Of a DNA stretch of 64,000 nucleotides, positions 47,278 to 59,306 are shown one piece after another (position 1 is the stretch's first letter; each line of letters opens with the position of its first letter). The DNA lies in the NCBI GenBank assembly GCA_036867785.1, contig CP145412.1, positions 1,302,001-1,366,000 of the forward strand, read 5' to 3'. Both the position numbers and the translations under genes were made by a program. The notes under the pieces were generated by a model that ran no database searches, was not told the origin of the DNA, and was given only the letters and a program-made list of their open reading frames with translations. This DNA comes from Plasmodiophora brassicae (taxonomy: Eukaryota).

Positions 47278-47607
47278 CGCCCTATTTCTACCCTATCAGT
47301 ATTCTATTCAGTAAACACGTATGTAATTCGCGTAAAGTTCAGCATGCAGATTGTGTCCAAACTGTCCGACATAATGTGTCGTCCTTGGCACCGATAACGC
47401 AGGAGGAACAAGCGTTGCAGGCTTTCATGTGATCATAACGAACAGTATTTACCGCCTTACCTCTCCTCACTGCTTTCGTCTGGATCCGATTTGTCAGGTG
47501 CGGTTGCCTCTGGTTGCCACGATTGAGGTCCGGTACCGGCGATTTGCGCGGCGCGGTCCGTGGCGGACCAGCAGTGTGTTATCGGTTGGCGCAGGGCAGT
47601 CGGAGCC

Positions 47608-48597
47608 ATGAGGCCGATCCTGCTCAAAGGTCACGAGCGTCCTCTGACGCACCTACACTACAACAGGGAAGGCGACCTGCTGTTCTCATGCAGCAAAGAT
47701 CACAAACCTACTGTGTGGTATGCCCATACCGGCCAGCGCCTCGGCACGTACAACGGCCACAAAGGTTCCATATGGCATTGTGACACGAACTTCACCTCGA
47801 AGTTGTTCCTGACGGCTGCTGCCGACAACACGGCCAAGCTGTGGAATTTGGAGACCGGCGAGGAACTTTTCACGTTCAACCACCTGTCGCCGGTCCGGTC
47901 CGTCGGTTTCGCGCTGGGTGACCAGCAGATCCTGACAGTCGGCGACAAAGCGATGGGCCAGGTCCCGAAAATCTTCATCTACAATCTGTACGGCGGTGAC
48001 GTGGACCGGATTGAGGACAAGCCGATCCAGGAGTTCGTTGGCCACGAACTGAAGATCAACCGCGCGTACTGGGGCCCGTTGAACGACACGATCATTTCGG
48101 CCAGCGACGATGGGACCGTACGTCTGTGGGACGTCGAGACGGCCAGGGAGATTGCTCGTGCCAGCGATCATTCCAAAGGCATCAACAACATGACGTTCTC
48201 CAAGGACAAGACGATGTTCATCACAAGCTCCAAGGACACGACGGCACGGCTCTACGACGCGAGGACGCTCGAGTGTGTGAAGGTCTACAAGACGGATCGT
48301 CCCGTCAACGCCGCGGTCATCTCGCCGATCATGCCATACGTCATCATTGGTGGTGGTGAAGAAGCCATGAACGTCACACAGACGCACACCCGTCAGGGTA
48401 AGTTCGAGGCCATGTTCTACCACGTCGTCAACCAGGACATGCTCGGCACGGTCGCTGGGCACTTCGGTCCCATCAACACGCTAGCGTTCAACCCGGACGG
48501 GAAGAGCTTTGCATCGGGTGCCGAAGACGGTTACATTCGGCTGCATATATTCTCGGAGAAGAACCCGGTCGATAAGGACTACTTCAACACGAAATAA
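47608..48597 (+). CDS. EIF3I: Translation initiation factor 3 subunit I (WD40), intronless
   Basis: MRPILLKGHERPLT, YNREGDLLFSCSKD, GHFGPINTLAFNPDGKSFASGAEDGYIRLH. Confidence 0.97.
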   Translation: MRPILLKGHERPLTHLHYNREGDLLFSCSKDHKPTVWYAHTGQRLGTYNGHKGSIWHCDTNFTSKLFLTAAADNTAKLWNLETGEELFTFNHLSPVRSVGFALGDQQILTVGDKAMGQVPKIFIYNLYGGDVDRIEDKPIQEFVGHELKINRAYWGPLNDTIISASDDGTVRLWDVETAREIARASDHSKGINNMTFSKDKTMFITSSKDTTARLYDARTLECVKVYKTDRPVNAAVISPIMPYVIIGGGEEAMNVTQTHTRQGKFEAMFYHVVNQDMLGTVAGHFGPINTLAFNPDGKSFASGAEDGYIRLHIFSEKNPVDKDYFNTK

Positions 48598-48673
48598 ACG
48601 ACCAGATACCTCTGCCACTGGTCTTACAATGTGTAATGGAGCGTGCGTGTCCCGATCGGCGCCGTCGCGCCCA

Positions 48674-49092
48674 TCATTCGGCCTTCAACCATTTCTCCAG
48701 GTTGTCCTCCTTGGTGACCCACTCCTCCCACTTCTTCAAGTTGTCTTCCTTGCTGGCCCATTCCTGTGCGAACGCGATTCAGAGATCGGTGTTGATCACG
48801 CAGCCGAGCAGCACACATCGAAATTCTCCAGGGTCGGAACGTCGAACCCGTATTTCGAGGATCCCGACGCTCGTGACACCGCAGGCACCTCAGTCGGTGG
48901 TGTCTCGGGCTTGGGCGTCTTCGGCCCCGACAGCTTCGCCTTGGCGAGGTCTGCCGCGACGACCGGTCAGCAGTCCGACCTCAACGTAGCGCATCAGACC
49001 GATCGCTGACATATCAGCCCCGCGTAGGCCGCCAGCGTCCCAAGGACCTTCTGGTGGGAATGCGCGAAATATTTGTTCAGAATCGCTTCCAT
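48674..49092 (-). CDS. Small (~100 aa) single-TM protein, possibly ATP synthase subunit k-like; 3 exons
   Basis: Spliced: MEAILNKYFAHSHQKVLGTLAAYAGLIYLAKAKLSGPK...PTLENFDEWASKEDNLKKWEEWVTKEDNLEKWLKAE*. Confidence 0.6.
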
Positions 49093-49318
49093 GCCTGTTG
49101 TCGCGTCACCCGCACACTCCCGAACTGACTGCGGGAAGCCAACCTGACACCGACGCACCCCCCAAAACGACCGCCCACGGTCGAGCTACCGTACGACAAT
49201 GACAAGCGCAGCCCACTGTCGACTGCAATAATAATTGCGAACTGCTATTCGTATATTCTTCCTACTGGCGAAAGAGTACTTTGGGGGGATAGAAAGTTCA
49301 AAACGTGCTTCAATAGAT

Positions 49319-51059
49319 CTACAGAAGCGGATGCTGGTCGTCGTCGAACATCTGTCTGGATTCCGGTGCGAAGGGAGCCCGTCGTGGTGGACCGAGAGCG
49401 CCGAGCGCACGTAATGCCATGAAGATGAGCGCCGTTGTCAGGTTGACGGCAACGGCGGCGAAGAGGAGGAACGGCGTGCGGGTGCCGATGGATCCGATGG
49501 TGAAGAGAACGACGATAGTCTTGACGACGGTGATGGCCCAGGCGCCCGTCAGGCCGAAGGGGACAACGTATGGACGCGGCGTCATCGGCTCCGTGTACTT
49601 CAGGACGATAAACGCAGCAAACTCTAGGAGCAAGTTGAAGCATTGGAGAATCATCTCAAATTGGACCAACTGGGAGAAATCCAACACGACAATGGCACCC
49701 GTAACGACGAGCTGCGCAACGATTGCCTTCACAGGCGTTCCATGCTTTGGCGACAGGTAGCTCAAAAAGAGTGGCATCGTTCGAATGAACACGCCCTGTT
49801 CCTCAGACGTATCCGATGCCATTGCCCATATTCGCCGAGATGTTGACGCCATTCCTGCGTTCTGTCGAGTCGCGCGTTAAGTACCATGGTGATGAGGCAA
49901 CAGGTTTCCGTACCAGTTGGCCGACGCTGCCGCAAACGCAGGCTGCCCTAACCCAGATTGCTAGCCACGGCGACGCTTGCTTGGCGGCTTCATAGAACGC
50001 ATCCGCAGTCCACAGTGCAGGGTCGGGCAACAGCGAGTACGAGATCGCAACGGGGCCGACAAAGGCGCATGTCGACGCGACCAATGCCAGTGCAATACCG
50101 AGCGGATACGTCGTCGGAGGATCGGCAACCTCACCGGCAATTGAACCAAGAGCATCCCAACCTGCAGGGCAATGTCATATGAAACCCACGAAAGGGCGTA
50201 AGGCCCTTACCGGTGTTTGACCACAGCAGAATCGATGAGAACAACGCCCAATCCGGCTTAAGCGGGAGCTTACTCCATGGGCCCGTCTCGAACGACGTAA
50301 TTGCATATGGGATTTCGACAGCAAATACAGACTGGACACCACAATTGACACAGTTCCAAGCAGGTGCATGACGCGAACGTACCATGGAAGCAACAAGAAG
50401 GGCAATGGATACCTCTCCGACGAGATCAAGACCCATCGCGTTACACAATGACATGACGCCAAGGATGGAAATCTTCAACGCCCAGCGTGGAAATTGCCCC
50501 AAGTGTCCCGGCAGGTACGAGGCAATCAGGTTTGGATAAAGGCAAATATCTAGGAACGACGACGCTAACGTCATGTAAGCGTTGACAACGCCCGCCGTTT
50601 CCCCAAGGGCTCTCCAGACCCATAGAAATGACCCTACTGAACGTTCGCAGTTGTTCCCTTAGCAATCAACAACGGCGGATCCAACCTCCATTGTCCGGCA
50701 TCATGGTTGACAATTCTGTACGACAAACAAACGCTAAGGAAACGAAGCGCGGTCCCCAGATACTGTCCAACCGGCTGTCATCAACGACTGCGGGATGGCC
50801 CAGACGAACGGGAGCAAAACCAGCCCTAGGAGGCAGTAGAACACACCTCCAGCACCAACGGCTTCTTCCAACCCGAAAGGTCCTTACGTTCACAAGATCG
50901 TCACCAATTAACCCGACAGTTGACAGTTAGTTCCAAGATGGGCGTACCGCCACAGGTCAGGAAAAAGCCCAGTGCGACGAATCGCCCGAGCGTCAGGACG
51001 CGGACGGGCCTGCCATCAAGCTGCACGACGCCATCGATATTAGGGTCACTGTCGGGCAT
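49319..51059 (-). CDS. APC-superfamily amino acid/polyamine (LAT/PUT-like) transporter, paralog 1; multi-exon
   Basis: FFLTCGGPFGLEEAV, TELSTMMPDNGG, LLWSNTG, GEVADPPTTYP, EFAAFIVLKYTEPMTPRPYVVP. Confidence 0.9.
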
Positions 51060-51515
51060 GGCACGCTGCCTTGGCAGCGCCCGCCCGCCTTCGTCAGCAG
51101 CGCCCCACGACCGGCGTTGTCGTGCTGCTCACCACCGTTACCGGAATGCCGTCACTCCGCCGAGCGAACTTCGTCTCTCGCGCGCGACAATGTTTTGCAG
51201 GATTTTCCAAACCCGGACTCGCGACGGGATGATTGCAGACGCGGGCCGTGACCACTGAGCTGCTGCCCAACGAAACCTGTCGTGCAAGTACGCACTGCCA
51301 AGCCCGGTCCGCTAACCATTGCATAGGTGAGGCTGAGCACCAGGCACGCATGCTGCGGCATGGTATCTACGTAATTGTACAGGCAGGTGTGCGCATTTCG
51401 TGTACGGGATGCGCCGATGACGATGGGGGCACCGTCGTTGTGAGCACGTGGTGGTTGGTGGTAAGGACGGTAACGCAAAATTTGGACATCGGACTGCGTC
51501 GCCTGGACAAGGGCC

Positions 51516-52241
51516 ATGTCGACGCTGGCAGAGACGAGCTCTGTGGTAGGAACGGATGCGGTGTGCCTGGCCTGGGTGTGATCCGTTGGTTGAACACTGT
51601 TGCTAGTTGGATGAACTGACCGCTGTGTTCGCTGCCGACGATGATGAGCAGCTGCTGCGGCACGTGCTGGATACGAAGGCGACGATCGAGGCGGACTACG
51701 ACAGGAAGGAGGCGCAGGTTCGCGCCGTGATTGACGACCTGGGCAATGCTATCTCGAACCTGCAAGCTGAGATCGCGGCATCACCCGAGGAGCACTTCGT
51801 CCAGGACAGGGATCGTGCCGAACGCGACCAGCAACGACTGCGGGATGAGATCAGCAGATTGCAGAAGCAGCGTGATATCGCCATCCAGAGGCTTGCGGAG
51901 GTAGGGCATAATGACGGACGGGCTAGGCGCTTTCGCACAGGTTGACTTCATGCCAGATCGAAACGGAGAACGCGAAGATCGACGAGCAAGAGACGGAGGA
52001 GTCCAGCACCGTCGGTGCCCAGATTCCGCATGCGAAGCATTTAGTGAATCTGTACTCGTCAATCTCGAACATCAAATGGGATTTCGACGAGCTTGACGAC
52101 GTAAAGGGCACGATGTTCCTGCCCAAGAAGAGCGACGTCAAGATGTTCCACTACAAGGTCGGCGACCCGATGTCGCTAGCCGAGATCCGCAACGCTCTGT
52201 GGGATACGATGTGGCTCAATCATTCGCCACACGAAACGTAG
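51516..52241 (+). CDS. SPC24: Kinetochore Spc24-like protein; 3 exons
   Basis: Long coiled coil, then LVNLYSSISNIKWDF...VKG...EIRNALWDTM (Spc24-type globular C-terminus). Confidence 0.7.
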
Positions 52242-52331
52242 GGTCCCCTATCAAGCAAGCGCCGCTCGATGTGTATAAAGCCAGCCGTTCCTGTCGCCAC
52301 TGTGCAAGTATAATATTGTACGTATGGTACA

Positions 52332-53282
52332 TTAAGCAGCCAACGCGCCCGTCTTCGTTTGAGGGAACGGCCATGCATGAACGACGTGGTCGCCTCCGGT
52401 GACGCAGACAGGCGCGGTCCCATGCCACGACATGCCTGTCGCGCCCATCTCCTGCGTAACCGCCCTCTTCTCTTCGGTCGTAACGTCCCACACCTGAATA
52501 TCGCGACCCATCGTCGTGGCTAGCACCGCCGGACTGCTGATCGAGAACCGAACGCGGTCGAACGGGGACAACGGCGCCTGCTCTTGCCGAACTGGACTGG
52601 CAGCGAACCGACAATCGAACAGCGACAGGCGGTCGGTGCTGACGGTGGCGATATACGGGAAGTGGAAGTCAGCGTCAACGACAAGGCTTGTGAACCTCCT
52701 GATCAACGAGTCCGCGTCGGGCGTACTCCTCGGGTCGACCAAACGCATGGCGCCGTTCAGCTCGGCGATGAAAACGACGTGCGGCAGGCGAGTCGACGTT
52801 CGAACTGCGACGCCCGACGATTGCAGCGTCTGCAACGTGCCCGACTGGCACGACTCGATATCGGTCAAGCAGACGAGCGCGTCGTCGGCAGCGGTGATAA
52901 CGGAGGATTCCGTCAGAACGCACGCGTTGATCAGGTCGCGGTGCGGTTCGTATTTCCGAGACGCGGTCCGCTCCTCGCCGTTCCCGTCGACGAAGCGGTA
53001 GACGGTGACAGAGCAGTCCGGAGTCACCATGCCGAGCGTCAGGTTCCCAGGTATGCTCTCGGGATGCCACGACACGGACGGGACGTAGCAATGCCCGTGC
53101 CGCGCCTCGCGAACGACGCGAACCTCGCCGCGCTGCACGTCGTCGACCGTCGCGACGGTCAGCACCGACTCTGCGCCGATCGCCAGGTACGACGCCGCGA
53201 ACGGGAACGGGCACATCTCGACCGACGAGATCGTCGACGCCGACTCGCACGCGTACGACCACGGCTTCGTCGTCGACGCCAT
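52332..53282 (-). CDS. NUP37: WD40 nucleoporin Nup37-like
   Basis: VEMCPF..YLAIG, HRDLIN, ITAADD, SSGVAV..VFIAELNGAMRL, and C-terminal GMSWHGTAPVCVTGGDH, which resembles the NUP37 end. Confidence 0.75.
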   Translation of the reverse strand: MASTTKPWSYACESASTISSVEMCPFPFAASYLAIGAESVLTVATVDDVQRGEVRVVREARHGHCYVPSVSWHPESIPGNLTLGMVTPDCSVTVYRFVDGNGEERTASRKYEPHRDLINACVLTESSVITAADDALVCLTDIESCQSGTLQTLQSSGVAVRTSTRLPHVVFIAELNGAMRLVDPRSTPDADSLIRRFTSLVVDADFHFPYIATVSTDRLSLFDCRFAASPVRQEQAPLSPFDRVRFSISSPAVLATTMGRDIQVWDVTTEEKRAVTQEMGATGMSWHGTAPVCVTGGDHVVHAWPFPQTKTGALAA

Positions 53283-53430
53283 TGCGCGCAGTCCCGGCGG
53301 CAGCTTCTGCGCGACTGGCGCGCGTCAGGTGCCGAGCAAATTGACTGCAGGTAGGTGCCGGTAAGTGGTACCAGGTGACGGCAGCTGTATTGATCGTTGG
53401 GGGCGGTGGCACAGCAGAGCGATCTACTAT

Positions 53431-54003
53431 TTACTTCATGGAGTACATGCCGGGCTTGTAACCCTTCAGCGGCGGGTGCCACTTCGGATTCGGGATGCAC
53501 AGCGGCATCTGGTCGTCGTCGTTGAGGACCTCGGCGGCTTTGCGCAGGGCGTCGGTGGGCAGGGCGGCGATCGCCTCAGCGCGCAGGCGAATGCGCTCGG
53601 TAAGATATGCCTTGATCCGGCGGTCGCGAGCGCCGCACTGCCGGGAGTATTCCTTGGCGAGCTCCTTATGCCGGTCAAGCTCCTGCAACGTAGCCAGTTA
53701 GGAACGCGAACGGCGGCGCCGTGGACAACTGCCAACCTCTTGTGTTCGATCATCGGCCGCGCCCTTCTGGTCGTACCACTCGATACACTGCGCGACGACC
53801 TGATCGTCTTGGCCCGGCGATTCCCTCTCCTTCTTCGGGTCCTTCTTCCCCTTCATCTTCGACTTCTTCTGCTCCGTCCGCTTCCGCTCCTCCTCGAGTT
53901 CGTCCTCGGTGGAGTCCATCCTCTTCACGGGGATCTTCAACGACCGCCACTGCATACCGTGCCGGGCAATGCTCCATCGCCGCGCCGCAATCCCCACCAG
54001 CAT
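53431..54003 (-). CDS. Mitochondrial ribosomal protein mL40-like; 2 exons
   Basis: Arg-rich targeting-like N-terminus; LAKEYSR..RAEAIAALPTDALRKAA...P.WHPPLKGY. Confidence 0.65.
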
Positions 54004-54425
54004 GGCGACGGAAAACACCGCACTGCCGCCTCCATGCCGCCGAGGCGGTCCCCCACCGGCCACCTGACCTTGTCGCCACGAGATAGGTGATACTGGTCCC
54101 CAGTGCGGCTATGTAGCAACCATCATCAGCTGATATAACTATACACGACGACCCACCACTTTCAGCGTGTCCTAAGCAACGCCCGGGTCAAACGTCGTCG
54201 ACCTCGCAGGTTCGCGGTCGTTCGCACGAGCGCCTCAATCGCGTTAGGACTAGGGGTCACATAATATGTATATCGTTGTGCCCAGAGGCCCCACGGCCTC
54301 CTGCTCGATGCTCGGCTGACGATCCGCGCATCAGGATGCCGCTGGCGATGCATGCACCATTCGTCAGCGCTTGGCCCTGCTCCGCACGGCGATCCGTCCG
54401 ACCACCATCCCTGCCCAACACGGGA

Positions 54426-55845
54426 ATGGCATCCGTCGATGCCCATGTCCCCGTCATTATCGTTACGGGTTCGTTGCGGTTCCAGCCGAGAGGCGTCCTT
54501 GGGAGAGGCGGGTGTCTGTTGCTGATATGACGGCACAGGGTTCCTTGGGGCCGGCAAGACCACGCTGATCCGGTCGATAACGTCACAGCTGCAGGCGGGC
54601 AACCCGGGGTACAAGTCGGTGTGGTTGAAGAATGAATTTGGAGACCAGGCTGTGGACACGGCGCTTGCCGGGTCGTCTGTGTCCGTGAAGGAAATCGTCA
54701 ACGGATGCCTTTGCTGCCAGTTGGTACGACGCTCCGAGTTACGAGGATAGGCGGCTGTGGCTTGACACGGCCTGCTGGCCAAGGTTGGACAGATGGCGGA
54801 TGCGCTCGGGGAGCTCGTCGCGTCGCGACCTGCACCAGAGCACATTTTCATTGAGACGTCCGGGTCCGCATATCCGGCGCCTCTTGTTCTCGAGGTCCAG
54901 CGATTGCAGGTCAGATATCAACCCTAAACCGAAAGTATGTATATTCCGGTTCATCGTTCTTCTTGCTGCCCAGGGACAAGGTTGCCGACTCAAGATTTCG
55001 TCAGTCGTCTGTGTAATTGACTGCGAGAATTTCCCTGGGTGGGTTCGGCTCTTCTCGTGGGACCATATCCACTGACATGTGCCTGTGTTTAGGTACAAGG
55101 ATACCAGTATCACTGCAAAGCTGCAAGCCAAGTTCACTGACCTTATCCTTCTCAACAAACACGAGAACATCTCTGAAGACCACCTTGATAAAGTAGTCGA
55201 TCAGGTTCGTGGCTGTGCGCGTTCGTCCAATATTACGAATCAGCTTTAGCTGACCGGTCTTCTATTGTCATTGACAGGTCGTAGGGTTGAATCCGGACAC
55301 ACCTCGCCTGAAGACAGCGCGTGGGGCAGTGAACGCTGAACTTCTACTGGATTTTACGCACAGGGAAGAAATGGACCGATTAATGGCGTCCGATCCTGTC
55401 GTCAGCAATCCACATCACCATTCTAATGAGGTTACACATATTAACGGCGGGCCGATTCCCTACAGTACTCAACCGCCCTCCCTTGAATAGGTTGAGGTTC
55501 TATCGGTTCAGCGGCCGCGGGCGGAGCCGTTTCTCGAGAACGAGATCACAGAATTTCTGGGGAATTTGTCGCGGGATACATTCTACCGCGTCAAAGGTCG
55601 GTGATGACGACCCATTCTAATATGCAAGCTGACGGCCACATCCAGGTTTTGTCTGGACGACTGAAGGACCTAGATTGCTGAACTTTGCATTCGGACGTTG
55701 GGAGCTGATTCCGCTCACAGCCGACGATCGTGCCGTGCCTCCTGTGTCGAAGTTGACCATTATGGGCAGCGGTATCCGGTTTCGGACGGGTTCAATTCGT
55801 GACGCTCTACGCGTTGCAGACGACGCCATCACGCTGATTCAGTGA
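54426..55845 (+). CDS. CobW/COG0523 (ZNG1-like) G3E GTPase metallochaperone; multi-exon
   Basis: VTGFLGAGKTTL, KNEFG, NGCLCC, IETSGSAYP, ILLNKHE, FYRVKG. Confidence 0.92.
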
Positions 55846-55989
55846 CATTCGTCGAGGGAGCGTGCCCTCGTCTGGTAGCACGGGTATTCATGGGCTCACA
55901 AAGCACGCGAGTCAGACGAACCATTGTATTGTTGGGTGGATCGTTGGACAATCAATACAATAATGGGCTAGGTACCGACGCGCCACTAC

Positions 55990-58976
55990 CTAGGCGTCCC
56001 ACTGATCAGGGACGTTGTCGTTACGAAGCGAGTCCCAGATATTCGACGCGCGTTGCGGTTGCTGCAAGCGGAGACTGGGCTTGCCGGCGTTGGGTTTCGA
56101 GCCTTTCGACGCCGCCGCTGACGCCTGCATTTGATCAACGAACGATTGCGATGGTGCCACGACCTCCGAATAGACCAGTCCGGATTCGTCAACATTGCAC
56201 AGAGCGCTTTGCAATGCATCCGTACTGGCGAATGCAATCACAACAGCGGTCCGATCGAGCCAACGTACCTGGACGTGGTCAGAGTGTCGCCATGACGCGA
56301 CAAGCCGGTCAAGGAGGATGTTGCCGCCTTCAACGAGACCGTTGATTTGGACGACTGCGTGCGTTGACGGCGCTTGTGCCACTTTCGGGCGAGTGGAAGA
56401 CGGGCCCCGAGCATACAGTTGCGCGCAGGATGACAGTAAGGCTCTGGAATGCAGGGCACGCGAGCTGTCCTGACGAACGAACCGGACGCAGCGGCCTTTC
56501 CCGTCGTTGAACACCTCCGAGACGAGGCCATACGCCTGCGCCATGTGGCGTAGGAGTTGAACACGGTTCAGAGTCGTGGCATCCATAAACAGAGTGCGAT
56601 TGCTTGATGACAGGAAACTGTCCAGCTGGCGTTCGGCGCGTTGAACGAACACTAGGTCGTTGTTGGCGAGCGTTAGGATATGGACGGTCCATGGGATCTT
56701 GACAGGTTCCGCCGATGCTCCTATGGGGACATCAAGGGCAGCTGCCAACGCTCGGTTCCTTTGCGTCTGCAGGCAAACGGTGTCGCAGGGCAACTGTTGG
56801 GCATCAGGGAACCCGGAGGTATAGCCACATTGCTTTTCGGCAACCAAGCGTCCACAAGCGCACTGCACTCGAATGCATTTCTTGCAAGGTACACTTGGAC
56901 AGTTGTCGTCGCCATGGCAGGACGCGGCACACGGGTGAGAGCATGGGCGAACAGAGCCGCATTTCTCGGTACAAGGAGAGTCGCGTTCATGAACGTGACA
57001 GGGTTTGGTGCAAATGTGCCGCCGGCATGGCATGGGTTGCCCACAAGGATGCCCACAAGAAACAGCTGCGGCCGAGCAAGGAACTGAAGGCATGGTCTTG
57101 TGCCCTCCCGCGCATAATCTATAGGCGAGCGTCAGATGTCCCGGCTTGAAGCGACTCGTAAAGTGATGCCTACCTCTTGACAAGAATCATGCACTTTGGG
57201 CAAGGTCCCACGTGACAGTTGTAAACGCAACGATGCCCACAGGGACGGGTCACGCGGCATGGGTTCGTACACTCTGGAGGATCAGTTCCGCATAGCACTG
57301 GTCCAGGAATTCTCCTGGCACCGCAGGGGCACGACACACCTTCGACAATGGGGCGACCACAGGGCTACAAATGAACATCAACGAAGGCAGACCGATGAAC
57401 AACCGGGAACCGGCTTACTGGACACGGTTGGCTGTGGCAGTTTTGCTCGCAGGCATGAATCCCACAGTTGAGCGTCTTCCCACACGGCACCGTACATGTG
57501 TGGGACACAAGATCACAGCAACGTTTCGTGCATCGGTGGCGACCACACCCAAGTGGAGCATTACACACAGAAGCACATCGCAGCTTGGGCGTCCCATCCT
57601 CTTCAAGAGCTGCGCACGAAACTCGTCAGCGAATGACATGCGATACCATGCAAGTTCCGAAACAATGCTTACCGTGGCGATATTCAGGGCAAGGAAGAAC
57701 GCGAACTTCACGGCCACAGAAGCAGAGCGTCGTCACCATTTCGGAGCATGGCGGACAGGGAGAGTCGTGGCATGGATTCGTGCAGACGTGTTCACATCCA
57801 GGCAGGCGGCGTCCGCAGGTCTGATCGCACGTCGGGATCGGGTCAAGGCAGGAGACGCGGCGAGGAGCATCAGGCGGAAACAATTTCCCACATGCACATG
57901 TCTGGGGATCGGTTACAGCGCGATCGCAGGATGGGCACGGTCCTGAATGGCACAGCAACGTACAGGAATGATTTCCGCATGCAAGCTGCTTCCCGCATGC
58001 GGTTCCGCACGTGAAGTGAAGCGTCCCAGAAATCTTGTCAAGAACGCCTTCTCCGCAATTCATCGTCGCTTTTGACCGGCCACAGAAACAGGTGAGATCG
58101 TTCTTCAAATTGCAGGGCCCGCACGGCCCGTTATGGCACATCAATTTGCTGCAGGAAAACACACACACATATCAGATCGATCATGCCTGGGCAAACGCGA
58201 ACATCTGGTAACATACCAGGTGTGTTTCTTGCACTGGAGCAATCGCCTGCATACTGCAGAGCATGTCGGTTTCGAGTCCGTTCGTCGGCTGCATCGAATA
58301 TCGATCCTCGAGCGCTTGCAGGCGCACTGCACCGATACCACGGCGGTGCACTCTGGGCATGGGCCCGGGTGGCAAAGCAGCGTGCACGTATGGACGCACC
58401 CAGCCACAGATCGCGGGCGCCCACAAACGCTCCCGCATGAATGCGGCGTTAGATCAGGGTCAAACGATGGATCCTTCATCTTGCCACAGAAACACTTGTA
58501 GAACGTCGGCAAATCCTTCTTCGCGGTGATCACGAACTGACAATTGGGACAGCGCCAGCGTTTCAACGTTTTGGCATTGGAAGCAGGCGCATCCTGCGCC
58601 TGCTGTGATCGTCCCCAGCGCAGAGCACATTCTAGATGGACGCACGCGTAGCAAGACGCACAGGCAAAGATCGCCGCGCGCGCTCCAATGTTCTCGATAC
58701 ATATCGCGCATGAATATTGCCCTAGCGTGAAGCGCCGGATCATCTCTGTGGCATCACAGAATCAGGGGCGAACGCTACCCACAGCGACACACGACGGGCC
58801 CTACCATCCGCTAGCATTGATATCGTGGGCGCGGACGCCGGACTGGACGCGGGCGCCGGCGCATCGTGAATATCGTCGCCTGCTGCCGGGACGGACCCGC
58901 TCCGTTTCTGCCTTGGCCGCCAGCGTCTGCCCCGACCGCGGCGACCGCGTCGCGCGCCTCGGTCCGCCTCCGACAT
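55990..58976 (-). CDS. NFX1: NF-X1-type zinc finger protein (RING + NF-X1 repeats + R3H-like); multi-exon
   Basis: CAICIE..CYACVHLEC..WRCPNCQ, PHSCGSVC, repeated C.H.C...CH.GPC..C, RNRALAAAL, LRHMAQAYGL. Confidence 0.9.
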
Positions 58977-59306
58977 CGAAACCCGCTCCTGCTGCTGCTG
59001 CTGCAAACCAAACCCAGAGCAAACTGCGGAATGCCGCTCGCGTCGCGCGCGCGCGGCCGGTCGGATCCGCGGAATAGAAAATTCGTATCCGAACCGTGGC
59101 CCGTATTCTATTCGGGGCGGGCCCTGAACCCCCCAAAGTGGACGGGACGGGTCGCGCGTTACAGCGCAGTGTGCCGCGGCGACTGGGGGCAGCCGGGGGC
59201 GGACTGCTGGACCAGTGGTGGAGGGCGACCCAGCACGGCCGCCAGACGGGTCATGGTGGTCGGGCGGGTGGCCCTCTAGGCGGCCGGCCGGTACATAGCG
59301 GGACGC

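Noticed and set aside
46222-55845. ZIP transporter plus CobW as a zinc-homeostasis cluster
   Set aside because: They are separated by six unrelated genes, so chance proximity is sufficient.
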